Shown one piece after another: positions 50,937-61,103 of a DNA stretch of 64,000 bases. Every line of letters starts with the position of its first letter. The first letter of the stretch is position 1. The translations under genes were made by a program, and so were the position numbers. The DNA is from an uncultured Holophagales bacterium (lineage in GTDB: Bacteria > Acidobacteriota > Thermoanaerobaculia > Multivoradales > UBA5704). The notes below the pieces were generated by a model. It saw nothing but the letters and a program-made list of their open reading frames with translations, was not told the DNA's origin and did no database searches. The DNA lies in the NCBI GenBank assembly GCA_963842525.1, contig CAWJGT010000009.1, forward strand, positions 864,001 to 928,000, given 5' to 3'.

Positions 50937-52451
50937 GTGGATCGCTGGCTTTGCATCCACGGCCACTTCTATCAACCGCCGCGCGAGAATCCCTGGCTCG
51001 AAGCCATCGAGAGCGAGGGCTCGGCTTGGCCCTACCACAACTGGAACGAGCGGATCACCGCGGAGTGCTACGCCCCGAACGCCGCCTCCCGGATCCTCGA
51101 CCGGGAGGGGCGGACCGAACGGATCGTCAACAACTACGCCTGGATCAGCTTCAACTTCGGCCCGACGCTCCTCGCCTGGCTGGAGGCGCAGCAGCCCGAC
51201 GTCTACCAAGCCATTGTCGATGCGGATCTGGCGAGCCGGGAGCGCTTCTCGGGTCACGGCTCGGCCCTGGCCCAGCCGTACAACCACACCATCCTGCCGC
51301 TCTCGAACCGGCGCGACAAGAGGACCCAGATCCTCTGGGGCCTGCGCGATTTCGAGACGCGGTTCGGCCGCGCCGCCGAGGGGGTGTGGCTGCCGGAGAC
51401 GGCCGTCGATCTCGAGACCCTCGACCTGCTGGCCGAGCAGGGGATCCGCTTCACCATCCTGGAGCCGAATCAGGCGCGGCGGGTGCGGCCCCTGGGAGAG
51501 GACGGCGCCGCATGGACAGAGGTCCCGGACGGGCGGATCGATACGACCGTGCCCTATCAGCTCCGGCTCCCTTCGGGGCGGCGCATCGCGCTGTTCTTCT
51601 ACGACGGCCCGATCTCGCGGGCCGTGGCCTTCGAGGGGCTGCTGTCGTCGGGAGAGCGCTTCGCCGAGCGGCTGCTCTCCACCCTGCCGGCCGACCCGGA
51701 CCGCCCCCGGCTGGCGCACATCGCGACCGACGGCGAGACCTACGGCCACCACCATCGCCATGGCGAAATGGCGCTCTCCTACGCGCTCCATCACATCGAA
51801 TCGAACGGCCTCGCGCGGCTGACCAATTACGGCGAATTCCTGGCGGCCCATCCGCCCGAGCAGGAGGTGGAGATCCACGAGGGCACGTCCTGGAGCTGCC
51901 TCCACGGGGTGGCCCGCTGGCGCGAGGACTGCGGCTGCTGCACCGGCGGCGAGCCGGGCTGGAACCAGGCCTGGCGGGCGCCGCTGCGCCTCGCCCTGGA
52001 CTGGCTGCGCGACGAGCTGATCCCCCGTTACGAGGAAGCGGCCGGAAAGATCTTCGCCGATCCCTGGGCGGCCCGCGACGACTACATCTCCGTGATCCTC
52101 GATCGCTCGCCGGAGAGCGTGGCCGCCTTTTTCGAGCGCCAGGCGGGGCGGCAGCCGGAGGAGGACGAGCGGGTGCGGGCGCTCCAACTGCTGGAGATGC
52201 AGCGCCATGCCATGCTCATGTACACGAGCTGCGGCTGGTTCTTCAACGACCTGGCGGGGATCGAGACGATCCAGGTCCTGCGCTACGCCGGTCGCGCGGT
52301 GCAGCTCGCCGAGCAGCTCTTCGCGGCCCCGGTGGAGCCGGGGTTCCTCCATCTCCTCGAGGAAGCCCGCAGCAACGATCCGCGCGCTGGCACCGGGCGT
52401 GACCTCTACGAGCAGCACGTGCGCCGCGGTGTTGCCTTCTTTACGGCATGA
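50937..52451 (+). CDS. Glycoside hydrolase family 57 protein (DUF3536-associated type, short form)
   Basis: HGHFYQPPRENPW, WLPETAVD, ATDGETYGHH and MYTSCGWFF. Confidence 0.9.
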   Translation: MDRWLCIHGHFYQPPRENPWLEAIESEGSAWPYHNWNERITAECYAPNAASRILDREGRTERIVNNYAWISFNFGPTLLAWLEAQQPDVYQAIVDADLASRERFSGHGSALAQPYNHTILPLSNRRDKRTQILWGLRDFETRFGRAAEGVWLPETAVDLETLDLLAEQGIRFTILEPNQARRVRPLGEDGAAWTEVPDGRIDTTVPYQLRLPSGRRIALFFYDGPISRAVAFEGLLSSGERFAERLLSTLPADPDRPRLAHIATDGETYGHHHRHGEMALSYALHHIESNGLARLTNYGEFLAAHPPEQEVEIHEGTSWSCLHGVARWREDCGCCTGGEPGWNQAWRAPLRLALDWLRDELIPRYEEAAGKIFADPWAARDDYISVILDRSPESVAAFFERQAGRQPEEDERVRALQLLEMQRHAMLMYTSCGWFFNDLAGIETIQVLRYAGRAVQLAEQLFAAPVEPGFLHLLEEARSNDPRAGTGRDLYEQHVRRGVAFFTA

Positions 52452-52470
52452 TTGCTAAAATTTTCTCTGC

Positions 52471-55400
52471 GTGCTTCCTCCTCCGATCAGCCCACCGAAC
52501 CTCCACTATCGCAATTTCCACCTCAAACTGTTCCAGAGCCCTCTCGACAGGGGCTATTACATAGAGGCCCTCGAGACGCCCTTGTCCAGGAGCGACCCGG
52601 TGCGGCTGGACCTCCCGCTGGCGGACCTCCAGCAGCATGTGAGCCGATTCAAGAGCGGAACGGCCGACCGGGAGGTCTCGAAGAAGCTGGGCGCGGCGCT
52701 GCTCCAGGCCCTGCTGCCGCACCCCATCCGCGAGATCTGGGAGCGGAGCCAGGGCTCGATCGAATCGGCAAGCATCCTGCGCCTCCGGCTGGACGTCCGC
52801 TGTCCGGAGCTCGCGGCCCTGCCCTGGGAGATGCTGTATGACGCCGGCAGGCGCTATTTCCTGGCCACCGCTCCGCAGCGTCCGATTGTGCGGTACGTCT
52901 ACGACGCCGCGTCCGAGCGGCCGCTTTCCCGGGTCTCGGACCTGAACGTCCTGATCGCGGTCTCGCGGCCTTCGGGGCTCGACGAGCTGGCGGCTGCGGG
53001 GCAGGAGGTCTCGATCATCCTGGACGCCTTGCAGGACCTCCGCGACCGCAACCGGGTCCGCGTGGACGTCCTCGAGCGGGCCACCATCAAGAAGCTCCAG
53101 CAGTCTCTCCTCCATGGCTACCACGTTCTCCACTTCATCGGTCACGGCCTGTTCGAGCGTGGTATCGGCCATCTGATCTTCGAGGACGATCGAGGGAAGC
53201 CGCAGTGGATCGACGGCGAGACGCTGGCGGTCTTCTGCCGCGAGACGCCGCTGCGCCTCCTGGTGCTCAACTCATGCGAGACGGCGGACGCCTCGGCCGT
53301 CGATCCGCTGTTGGGCGTGGCCCAGGCCGCCCTGGTGGCCGAGGTGCCGGCTGTCGTCGCCATGCAGGGTGCGATCCGGGACAAAGCGGCCGCGGAGTTC
53401 GCGCACGGCTTCTACCTGGCGCTGGCGGAGGGCTATCCTCTGGAGACCTGCGTGACGGAGGGGCGCAAGGCCATCATTGCCCAGAACCATGGGCTGGATC
53501 CTGCCGACTGGGCGGTACCCGTGCTGTTCAGCAATGCCCCCAACGGCCTCCTGTGGGAAAGCCAACCCTCGTCGGTGGTATGGTCCCATCCTCCCTTCAC
53601 CCCTCTGCCGGTGGCGAGCACAGCAGAGCGGGGCGCCCCCGCCGCCGAGCCCAAGCCGCTTCCCGGGGTGCCGCACAACCTGCCCGAGGCGGGGCCCGTT
53701 CGTTTCGTGGACCGCTCCGCGGAGCTGGCGCGCGTGCTCCAGGTGCTCGCGCCGGAGAGCGCGACGCCGGTAGCCGTCCTGACCGGCCTGCGAGGCATCG
53801 GGCGCTCGGCGCTGGCCCAGGAGGTGGCACGCCGGTGCCTCGCCCTCTCCCTCGAAAAGCCCGAGGATCCGCGGGCGTTCCGGGGCATCGTCTGGGCCTC
53901 TGCCCAGAAGGCCATGTGGACCCCCCAGGGCACGGCCCAGCTCCCGACCTCGACCTTGTGGAGCATGGACGACCTCACACTGACGATCGCCACGGCGCTC
54001 AGGAAGCCGGCGCTCAGCCAGGCGCGGCCCGAGGAGCGGCTGTCCCTGATCGAAGGCCTCCTGCGCGAGGCGCGATACCTCCTCGTGCTGGACGACGTGG
54101 ACGAGCTCCAGGACCCGCGCTGCCTCGACTTCCTGAAGAAGCTCGGCGCGTCCAGCCGGGCCGTGGTCACGAGCTGCTCGCCCATCGAGACCGGCGTCGA
54201 GATCCCCCTGGGCAGCCTGGGGAGCCAGGCAGCCCTGGAGCTTGTGCGCGAGGACGCCCGGGCGGCCGGCAGCCGTGCCGTCGAGGAGGCGAGCCCCGCG
54301 GACCTCGACGAGCTGGTGCGGCAGGCCGACGGTCTGCCGCTCGCGCTGCGGTGGGCCGTCGGCCAGCTCAAGGACTCCAGCCAGCCGCTCTCCTCGGTGG
54401 TCGAGCGTCTGGCCCAGGCCGGCCGTCAGTCGCTGGCCGAGTTCTGCTTGCGCAGCTCCGTCGAGAGGCTCACCCCGCCGCAGCGCAGGCTGTTCCTCGC
54501 CTTTGCCCTATTCCCCCGTGCCGCCACCGCCGAGGCCGCGGCAGCAGCCGCTCGCGTGGACGGCGACGATCTGGAGCGCTACCTCGAGCGGCTCGTGCGG
54601 CTGCGGCTGCTCGAGCCCGCAGACCGCCCGGGCCAGTACCGGATGATGCTCCTCACCCGCCAGTACGGCCTGGCCGACCTCGAGCTCGATCCCTCGTTCC
54701 ACCGCGACGCCGTGCGGCGGGCCGTCGAATTCATGGTGGATTTCGCCCGGGACGCCGCCCCCCAGGGCCAGCAGCCCGACGCGGACCGGTTGGAGGGGGA
54801 GATCGGCAATCTCCTGTGGGCGGCGCGCCAGGCGTACCAGATCAAAGCCTGGAAGCCGGTCCTGGGTTTCCGCGAGGCGCTCGGCGACTTCCTGTATACC
54901 TGCGGCTACTGGAACGAAGGGCTCCAGCTCGGGGAGTGGGCCTTCGACGCGGCGGACCGCCTGGGCGAGCGCAAGCAGAGGGCCTGGTGCGCCCTCTATC
55001 CGCTGGCCCGCCTGTACTTCCACCAGGGCAAGCACGAGGATGCGGAGAGCTGGTGCGAGCGGGCCCTGGCCCTCTTCGAGCAGCAGGAGGACGACCACGG
55101 CGCTGCCGCGGCCCTGCGCTACCTCGGCCGCGTAATGCAGGCCCGGGGGGAGTGGGAGCAGGCGGAGAAGCTCTTCCGGGAGGGGCTGGAGAAGGCCCGG
55201 AGCTTCGGCACCCAGCACTACGAGCTCAACCTGCGGGGCCACCTGCTGGCGGCTCTCGCCGGGCTTGCCGAGGCGCGCAAGCAGCACGCGGAAGCCTACG
55301 CGGGGTACGACGCGGCCTTGGCGCTCTATCGGACGACCGGGGACCTGATGGGGATCGCGACCACCCTCCTGAGCCTGGGCCGGGTGGCGCTGGGGCTGCG

Positions 55401-55677
55401 CCGTTTCGACGAGGCCGAGCGCCGCCTCGGCGAGAGTCTCGAGATCGCCAAGGGCCGGCACTGGGCCCGGCGGGAGGGGGACATTCTCGTCACCCTGGCC
55501 CACCTCGCCGAGGACCGGGGCGACCTGTCGCAGGCTCGCGACCTGCTCACCCGCGCCCGCGGGCTCTTCCAGGACTTTTCCGCCGCCGCCGCCGCAGACC
55601 TGGCCCACGCCGACGCGGCCCTGACGCGGATCTGGGCGGCTCTGGCCGCCCACCCGCAGCCGGCCGGAGGGTCTTGA
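52471..55677 (+). CDS. CHAT-NB-ARC-TPR protein (NLR-like with caspase-like effector)
   Basis: LPWEML, VLHFIGHG and VLNSCE (CHAT). HNLP..FVDR, GLRGIGRS, LLVLDDVD and GLPLAL (NB-ARC). C-terminal TPR repeats. Confidence 0.9.
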   Translation: MLPPPISPPNLHYRNFHLKLFQSPLDRGYYIEALETPLSRSDPVRLDLPLADLQQHVSRFKSGTADREVSKKLGAALLQALLPHPIREIWERSQGSIESASILRLRLDVRCPELAALPWEMLYDAGRRYFLATAPQRPIVRYVYDAASERPLSRVSDLNVLIAVSRPSGLDELAAAGQEVSIILDALQDLRDRNRVRVDVLERATIKKLQQSLLHGYHVLHFIGHGLFERGIGHLIFEDDRGKPQWIDGETLAVFCRETPLRLLVLNSCETADASAVDPLLGVAQAALVAEVPAVVAMQGAIRDKAAAEFAHGFYLALAEGYPLETCVTEGRKAIIAQNHGLDPADWAVPVLFSNAPNGLLWESQPSSVVWSHPPFTPLPVASTAERGAPAAEPKPLPGVPHNLPEAGPVRFVDRSAELARVLQVLAPESATPVAVLTGLRGIGRSALAQEVARRCLALSLEKPEDPRAFRGIVWASAQKAMWTPQGTAQLPTSTLWSMDDLTLTIATALRKPALSQARPEERLSLIEGLLREARYLLVLDDVDELQDPRCLDFLKKLGASSRAVVTSCSPIETGVEIPLGSLGSQAALELVREDARAAGSRAVEEASPADLDELVRQADGLPLALRWAVGQLKDSSQPLSSVVERLAQAGRQSLAEFCLRSSVERLTPPQRRLFLAFALFPRAATAEAAAAAARVDGDDLERYLERLVRLRLLEPADRPGQYRMMLLTRQYGLADLELDPSFHRDAVRRAVEFMVDFARDAAPQGQQPDADRLEGEIGNLLWAARQAYQIKAWKPVLGFREALGDFLYTCGYWNEGLQLGEWAFDAADRLGERKQRAWCALYPLARLYFHQGKHEDAESWCERALALFEQQEDDHGAAAALRYLGRVMQARGEWEQAEKLFREGLEKARSFGTQHYELNLRGHLLAALAGLAEARKQHAEAYAGYDAALALYRTTGDLMGIATTLLSLGRVALGLRRFDEAERRLGESLEIAKGRHWARREGDILVTLAHLAEDRGDLSQARDLLTRARGLFQDFSAAAAADLAHADAALTRIWAALAAHPQPAGGS

Positions 55678-56696
55678 TGGGGCAGTACCAGGGCGTCCTC
55701 CCCCAGGAGCATCCGCTCCACGGATTCCTGGCCAGGGACGTGCTGCAAGGGGTGCTCGGGCTCGCGGGAAGCGCCCCGGTCTTCGACGTCTACGCCCTGG
55801 CTGACTGCTCCACCCTCGTCCGCTACGTGGATCGGCAGACCCGCGCGGACCTGGTGGGCAAGTTCTACGGCAACAAATGGCTCCACGGTCGCCAGGACGG
55901 CGAGCCCGAGCTGCGCACCGCCCTGATGTGGCGGGAATTCCACAATCTCGAGCGCGTTCGCGCCCTGGGCCTGGACGCCCCGCCGCACTGCGTGGTCCGG
56001 CCCCTCGCGGCCAGCGAGGCGCACCACTGCATCCTCGTCGAGGAGTACGTGCCGGGAATCGACCTGGACACCCACGTCCGCGAGGCGATCCACTCCGGCC
56101 AGGGCGGTCCGCTGACCGCACGGCTCACCGAGGTCGCCCGGTTCCTCGCCGACCTGCACGACCGCTCCCGGACGGAGGAGGGCCCGGATCCCCAGAAAGC
56201 GCTGGGCTCCCTCGACAGGTACCTCGACCAACTTGCCTACTGGAACGTGATCTCGGGCGCCGAGAGGGAGCGTTTCGAGCGGCTGCGGGCCCGCTGGGCC
56301 GACTCCGGCCTCCTGGCGACGGGCCGGCAAGTGCTGGTCCATGGGGACGCCACGCCGGTCAACTTCATCCACGACGGCGAGCACAACGTGACCGCGATCG
56401 ACCTCGAGCGGCTCTGGCCCGGCGATCCCGCCGAGGACCTCGGTTGCCTGGTGGCCGAGCTCAAGCACCTCTTCTTCTGGTACGCTCACGAGACCTGGGA
56501 CAGCGAGCCCTGCATCCAGCACGTGTACGGTATCTATAAAAGCTACGAGCGTGGAGGCGAGGACTTCGGACGGCTCACCACGCGTGGCCGCTTTCACATG
56601 GGCTGCGTCCTGCTGCGCATCGCCAGGAACTCCTGGCTCGACCTCGACTACCGTCGGCGCTTGGTGGAGAAGGCGGAAGAATGTCTTCAGATTTGA
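55677..56696 (+). CDS. Aminoglycoside phosphotransferase (APH/kinase-like) family protein
   Basis: VGKFY, LVEEYVPG, LADLH, LVHGDATPVNF and IDLE. TGATG coupling with the upstream gene. Confidence 0.85.
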   Translation: MGQYQGVLPQEHPLHGFLARDVLQGVLGLAGSAPVFDVYALADCSTLVRYVDRQTRADLVGKFYGNKWLHGRQDGEPELRTALMWREFHNLERVRALGLDAPPHCVVRPLAASEAHHCILVEEYVPGIDLDTHVREAIHSGQGGPLTARLTEVARFLADLHDRSRTEEGPDPQKALGSLDRYLDQLAYWNVISGAERERFERLRARWADSGLLATGRQVLVHGDATPVNFIHDGEHNVTAIDLERLWPGDPAEDLGCLVAELKHLFFWYAHETWDSEPCIQHVYGIYKSYERGGEDFGRLTTRGRFHMGCVLLRIARNSWLDLDYRRRLVEKAEECLQI

Positions 56697-57418
56697 GACC
56701 GCGAGCGGTCCTCTTCGACCTCTACGGCACCCTGATCGACATCCACACCCGGGAGGACCAGCCCGAGGTCTGGGACCGGCTGGCCCGTTTTCTCCGCTAC
56801 CGCGGGCTGCGCGCCGACGCCGACGCGCTGCGCCACGGCTTCTTCAGGAGCGCCCAGAGGATCCAGGAGGAGAGCGCGGAGCGCCACCCGGAGGTCGACA
56901 ACCTCGGGATCTTTCGCTCGCTGCTGCGCGAGCTGTCCTACGACGGTCCCGACGCCTTCGCCGAAGAGGTGACCCAGCTCTTCCGTACCCTGAGCATGGT
57001 CCATTTCAGCTTGTTCCCGGACACCCTGCACACCCTGGAGTCCTTGCAGCAGCAGCGCTTCCGGCTGGGCCTGGTCTCCGACGCACAGAGGGTCTTCCTC
57101 GATCCGGAGATCACCATGACGGGCCTGCGGTCCTTCCTGGACGTGATCGTGATCTCCTCCGACCACGGCTTCCACAAGCCGGACCACCGCCTCTTCGAAG
57201 CGGCGGTCGCCGAGCTCGGACTACCGCGCGAGCGGGTGCTCTATGTAGGGGACAACATCCCGCGGGACGTCTGTGGCGCCAAGGCCGCCGGCCTCAAGAG
57301 CGTTCTCGTCAACCGCAACGGCAAGGAGGCTGGAGAGGGGGACGTCCAGCCCGACATCACCCTGCCGGACCTGGCGAGCTTTCGGGAGTGGGTGATGAAT
57401 CTGCCGGAGGCAGGGTAG
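56681..57418 (+). CDS. HAD-superfamily hydrolase
   Basis: LFDLYGTL, LVSD, KPD and YVGDNIPRDV motifs. Confidence 0.92.
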   Translation: MSSDLRPRAVLFDLYGTLIDIHTREDQPEVWDRLARFLRYRGLRADADALRHGFFRSAQRIQEESAERHPEVDNLGIFRSLLRELSYDGPDAFAEEVTQLFRTLSMVHFSLFPDTLHTLESLQQQRFRLGLVSDAQRVFLDPEITMTGLRSFLDVIVISSDHGFHKPDHRLFEAAVAELGLPRERVLYVGDNIPRDVCGAKAAGLKSVLVNRNGKEAGEGDVQPDITLPDLASFREWVMNLPEAG

Positions 57419-57436
57419 GGAGCGCTGCCCAGAGTC

Positions 57437-58093
57437 TCATGGAGCCGTCGGCGCGCTCCGGGTCGTCTCCTGAGCCCGGACCGAGTCGCCGGGCGAGCCG
57501 CTGACCTGCGAGGCGTAGGAGCAGCCGCCAAACCGTCCGTGGACCGAGCCCCGGCCTGCCTGCCCGTCGTAGGCTCCTTCGAACGAGCCGCTGAGGACGA
57601 CTGGAGGAGGGGGAAGCTCCTCAGCCCCGCCGGCCCGGCCCGGGCTCTCCCGCTGTTGCATCTCGAGGGTCACCTCGCCGGTCGAGCCGACGAGGGCGCC
57701 GCTCCGGCTGCGCCCGGTGACGAAGAGCCGGGCGCGGTACGGGCCGCTGCCATGAAATTCGTCGATCCGCACCGCGACCGCGGGCAGGTCGGGATCACCG
57801 GTCCGCAGGTTGATCTGCAACCCGTCCTTGTCGTGCAGGACGCAGCGGGAGGCGCTTCTCCCTTCGAAGGCCTGCCGTCCGGTCGCCACCAGCATTGCGC
57901 CCTGCGTCTCCGGCTTCCAGCGCGAGGGAGGCGCCGCTGCCGGCGGACCAGCGTCCGAGAGGCGCGGCGGCTCCTCGCCGCCGCAGCCGGCCAGCCCGAA
58001 AAGCGTGAGCGTTGCGACCAGGGCCATTCCAGCGAGCCCAGATGTCCGAGCCTGGCATCGGTTCGACCAGATCATCGGCTCCTCCAGGGACAT
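57437..58093 (-). CDS. Hypothetical lipoprotein
   Basis: Hydrophobic stretch ending in lipobox LAGC. Start uncertain. Confidence 0.6.
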   Translation of the reverse strand: MSLEEPMIWSNRCQARTSGLAGMALVATLTLFGLAGCGGEEPPRLSDAGPPAAAPPSRWKPETQGAMLVATGRQAFEGRSASRCVLHDKDGLQINLRTGDPDLPAVAVRIDEFHGSGPYRARLFVTGRSRSGALVGSTGEVTLEMQQRESPGRAGGAEELPPPPVVLSGSFEGAYDGQAGRGSVHGRFGGCSYASQVSGSPGDSVRAQETTRSAPTAP

Positions 58094-58187
58094 GAGACGG
58101 CCGCTCCGATGCGGCTCCGCCTTTCATGCGCGACTGCAGGAAGGGTGCCACTGACGGGTGCCCGGAGCTGTGAAGATCTTCACAGGC

Positions 58188-59897
58188 TCAGCGCTTCACC
58201 AGCGTCCCGTACAGAAACGAGACCCCGGCGAGGCCGGCCATCCAACGGCCGTACGAGGTCTCCGGCTGGTTGAGGTGGAGCAGGACGCCGGCGAGGAGCA
58301 ATGCCGCCGAGACCACCATCCAGGCGAGCCGCTGGAGCGAGCGCTCCAGGCGCTGGATGACCCGCTTCGTCTCCGGGGCGAGGGCGGTCTGTATGGTCAG
58401 GCCGCCGCGCTCGGCACGGATCAGGAAATTGTCCATGCGCCGCGGCAGGTCGAACAGGAGCCGGAGCTGGACGACCGCTTCCTCCAGGTAGCCCCGCCAG
58501 TCGCGCCGCAGGTCTTCGCGGGCGAGGCGCTGGGCGAACGGTATGGTCTCCGCCCAGGGGTCGAACTCCGGATCGAGCTGGGTGGACAGCCCGGCGAGCA
58601 GCCCCACGGCGCGCGAGGCGAAGAGGAGCTCCACCTGCATCTGGAAGGGCACCTGGTAGAGGAGGTCCCGATACTGGCGCAGGAAATAGCGGGCCTCCGA
58701 GAGCGCCACATCGCGCAGGCTGCCGATCCGCACCCCCCAGAAGCGGTCGAAGAGCTCCTCGTGGATCTCCTCCAGGCGCGTCAGGTCGGCGCCGGGCAGC
58801 AGCACACCCGCGCTGACGTAGGAGTGGACCACCCGGACGGGGTCGCGGGTGCCGAGCCCGATGGCGTACTCGCGCAGCGCGCCGCGCAACCGCTCGGGGA
58901 TGACCGCCACCATGCCGAAGTCGACGAAGACGATCTGGAAAGCCCGCTCACCGCCGTCCGGCGGGGGCGGTACAGGGTCTCCAGGCCCGAACGGGGCCTC
59001 TCCTTCCTGGGGCAGCGGGCGGACGAAGAGGTTGCCCGGATGGGGATCGGCGTGCACGAAGGAGTGCACGAAGATCTGTTGCATGTAGATCCGATAGAGG
59101 GTGCGCGCCACCTCGGCGCGGGAGATCCGGGCCTGGGCAAGCGCCGTGAGGTCGTTGATCTTCAGATACCCGACGTTTTCCAGCGTCAGCGTGCGGTGGG
59201 CGCTCTGGGACCAGAACACCCTGGGGATGCAGACGCGCGGATCGTCCGCGAAGTCGCGGGCGAACCGCTCGGCGTTGCGTCCTTCGGCCGCGAGGTCCAG
59301 CTCCTGGCGGGTGGTGGTGACGATCTCCTCGGCCAGCCGGTCGAGGTCGACCCGGCGCCGGATGCGGCTCGAGATCTTGAACAGCCGCAAGGCCAGGGTC
59401 GCCGCGGCGAGGTCGGTCTCGACGATGACGTCGATCCCCGGCCGCAGGACCTTGACCACGACCTTGTGGCCGTCGGGGAGATGGGCGGAGTGGACCTGGG
59501 CGAGGGAGGCGGAGCCTACCGGCTCGGGAGAGATCCAGGGGAAGACCTCGGCCAGCGGCCGGCCGAAGTCCTCCTCGATCTGGCGCGCGATTGCCGCGAA
59601 CGGCCCGGGCGCGACCTCGTCCTGGAGGCCGGCCAGCTCGCGGGTGACCTCCGGCGGCAGGAGGTCGACGCGGACGGAGAAGAACTGCCCCAGCTTGATG
59701 AGCACGCCGCCCATCTCGCCGGCCAGGGCCCGATACCGGCGAGCGATCCGGGCCCAGCGCTCCACGGCCGGCCGGCGGAAACGCCGCAGCCCCGGCACAT
59801 TGAGCAGGACGTCCCACCAGACGACGTGGACGAAGACCCGGGTAACGAAACGGCGCACCTTGCGGTAGCGCCTGAAATCAATGCCGGTCGGCCGCAT
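58188..59897 (-). CDS. AarF/UbiB/ABC1-family atypical kinase
   Basis: IKLGQFFS, SASLAQVH, VVKVLRPG, HADPHPGN and DFGM, plus C-terminal TMs. Confidence 0.93.
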   Translation of the reverse strand: MRPTGIDFRRYRKVRRFVTRVFVHVVWWDVLLNVPGLRRFRRPAVERWARIARRYRALAGEMGGVLIKLGQFFSVRVDLLPPEVTRELAGLQDEVAPGPFAAIARQIEEDFGRPLAEVFPWISPEPVGSASLAQVHSAHLPDGHKVVVKVLRPGIDVIVETDLAAATLALRLFKISSRIRRRVDLDRLAEEIVTTTRQELDLAAEGRNAERFARDFADDPRVCIPRVFWSQSAHRTLTLENVGYLKINDLTALAQARISRAEVARTLYRIYMQQIFVHSFVHADPHPGNLFVRPLPQEGEAPFGPGDPVPPPPDGGERAFQIVFVDFGMVAVIPERLRGALREYAIGLGTRDPVRVVHSYVSAGVLLPGADLTRLEEIHEELFDRFWGVRIGSLRDVALSEARYFLRQYRDLLYQVPFQMQVELLFASRAVGLLAGLSTQLDPEFDPWAETIPFAQRLAREDLRRDWRGYLEEAVVQLRLLFDLPRRMDNFLIRAERGGLTIQTALAPETKRVIQRLERSLQRLAWMVVSAALLLAGVLLHLNQPETSYGRWMAGLAGVSFLYGTLVKR

Positions 59898-59934
59898 CCC
59901 GCCGCTACGATGTACCACGATCCCCGCTGGGTCA

Positions 59935-60139
59935 ACCTCACCCCCTGTCCCCCTCTCCCATCGCCCCCCCACCGACCGGGAGAGGGGGGACGTAGCTGGA
60001 GCTTGGAGGCGAGGTCGAGGTTTGCTCGTAGAGAAGTTCTCCGAGAAGAAACAGCCAGCTATCCCCTCAGAGTACCAACCACGTTCCCCCTCTCCCGGAG
60101 GAAGGGAGGGAGATGGGAGAGGGGGCCAGGGGGTGAGGT
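59935..60139. repeat. REP-like element with 28-bp terminal inverted repeats (CCCTCTCCC/GGGAGAGGG type)
   Basis: ACCTCACCCCCTGTCCCCCTCTCCCATC at 59935-59962 with its reverse complement (1 mismatch) at 60112-60139, plus internal CCCTCTCCC...GGGAGAGGG hairpins. Confidence 0.85.
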
Positions 60140-60160
60140 GCCGTACTACAATCCCCGCCC

Positions 60161-61103
60161 ATGCGCCCCCGCCTCGTCTTCTGTGGATGCCTCCTTCTCG
60201 CCGCCTGCGGTACCAGCGCGCCTCCGTCAACCGTCGCGGCCGGAGCCGAGGCGGTCTCCCTGTTCGGCCAGCCGCTGACCTCCCCGGAGCTGCCGCCGGA
60301 GGTACGGGCCGACCGCGAGGCCAAGCTGGCCCAGGCCCGCGCCGATCTCCAGGCCCGGCCGGAGGATCCGGACGCGCTGATCTGGGTCGGCCGCCGGACC
60401 GCGTACCTGGGGCGCTATCGCGAGGCGATCGAGATCTTCGGCCAGGGGATCGAGAGATTCCCTCAGGACGCCCGCTTCCTGCGCCACCGCGGCCACCGCT
60501 GGATCACCGTACGGCAATTCGACCGCGCCGCCGAAGACCTCGGAAAGGCCGCGCGGCTCGTCGCCGGCCAGCCCGACGAGGTCGAGCCCGACGGGCTGCC
60601 CAACCGGTACAACATCCCCACGAGCACGCTCCAGTCGAATATCTGGTATCACCTGGGGCTGGCCCACTATCTCCAGGGGGATTTCGAGGCGGCCCTCCCG
60701 GCCTGGCGCGAGTGCCTGAAGGTGTCGAACCACCCGGACATGGAGGTGGCGACCCGGCACTGGCTCTACATGACCCTGCGCCGCCTGGGACGGGAAGCCG
60801 AGGCGGCCGAGGTCCTGGCTCCGGTCCGGGCCGACCTCAAGATCCTGGAGAACGGCGCCTACCACAAGCTGCTGTTGATGGTCCGCGGCGAGGTCACGCC
60901 CGAGGCGCTGTTCCGGCCCGGGGAGGGGGACGCGATCGATCCGGCGACTCTGGGCTACGGCCTCGGCAACTGGCATCTCTACAACGGCCGGCGCGGCGAG
61001 GCGGTCCGGGAAGCTCCAGGCGGTCCTGACCACCGGGCAGTGGGCGGCCTTCGGCTACATCGCCGCGGAGGCGGACCTGAAGCGCCTGGGGGAGCTGCCG
61101 TGA
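60161..61103 (+). CDS. TPR-containing lipoprotein (frameshift near 61010-61030)
   Basis: Lipobox LAAC and TPR helices. The natural-looking end GQWAAFGYIAAEADLKRL is in another frame, with TGA at 61101-61103. Confidence 0.75.

Noticed and set aside
53205-55676. Long overlapping ORF upstream of the APH gene
   Set aside because: Arg/Gly/Pro-rich shadow frame of the CHAT-NB-ARC gene, typical of high-GC DNA. The same applies to the many long antisense ORFs in the track.
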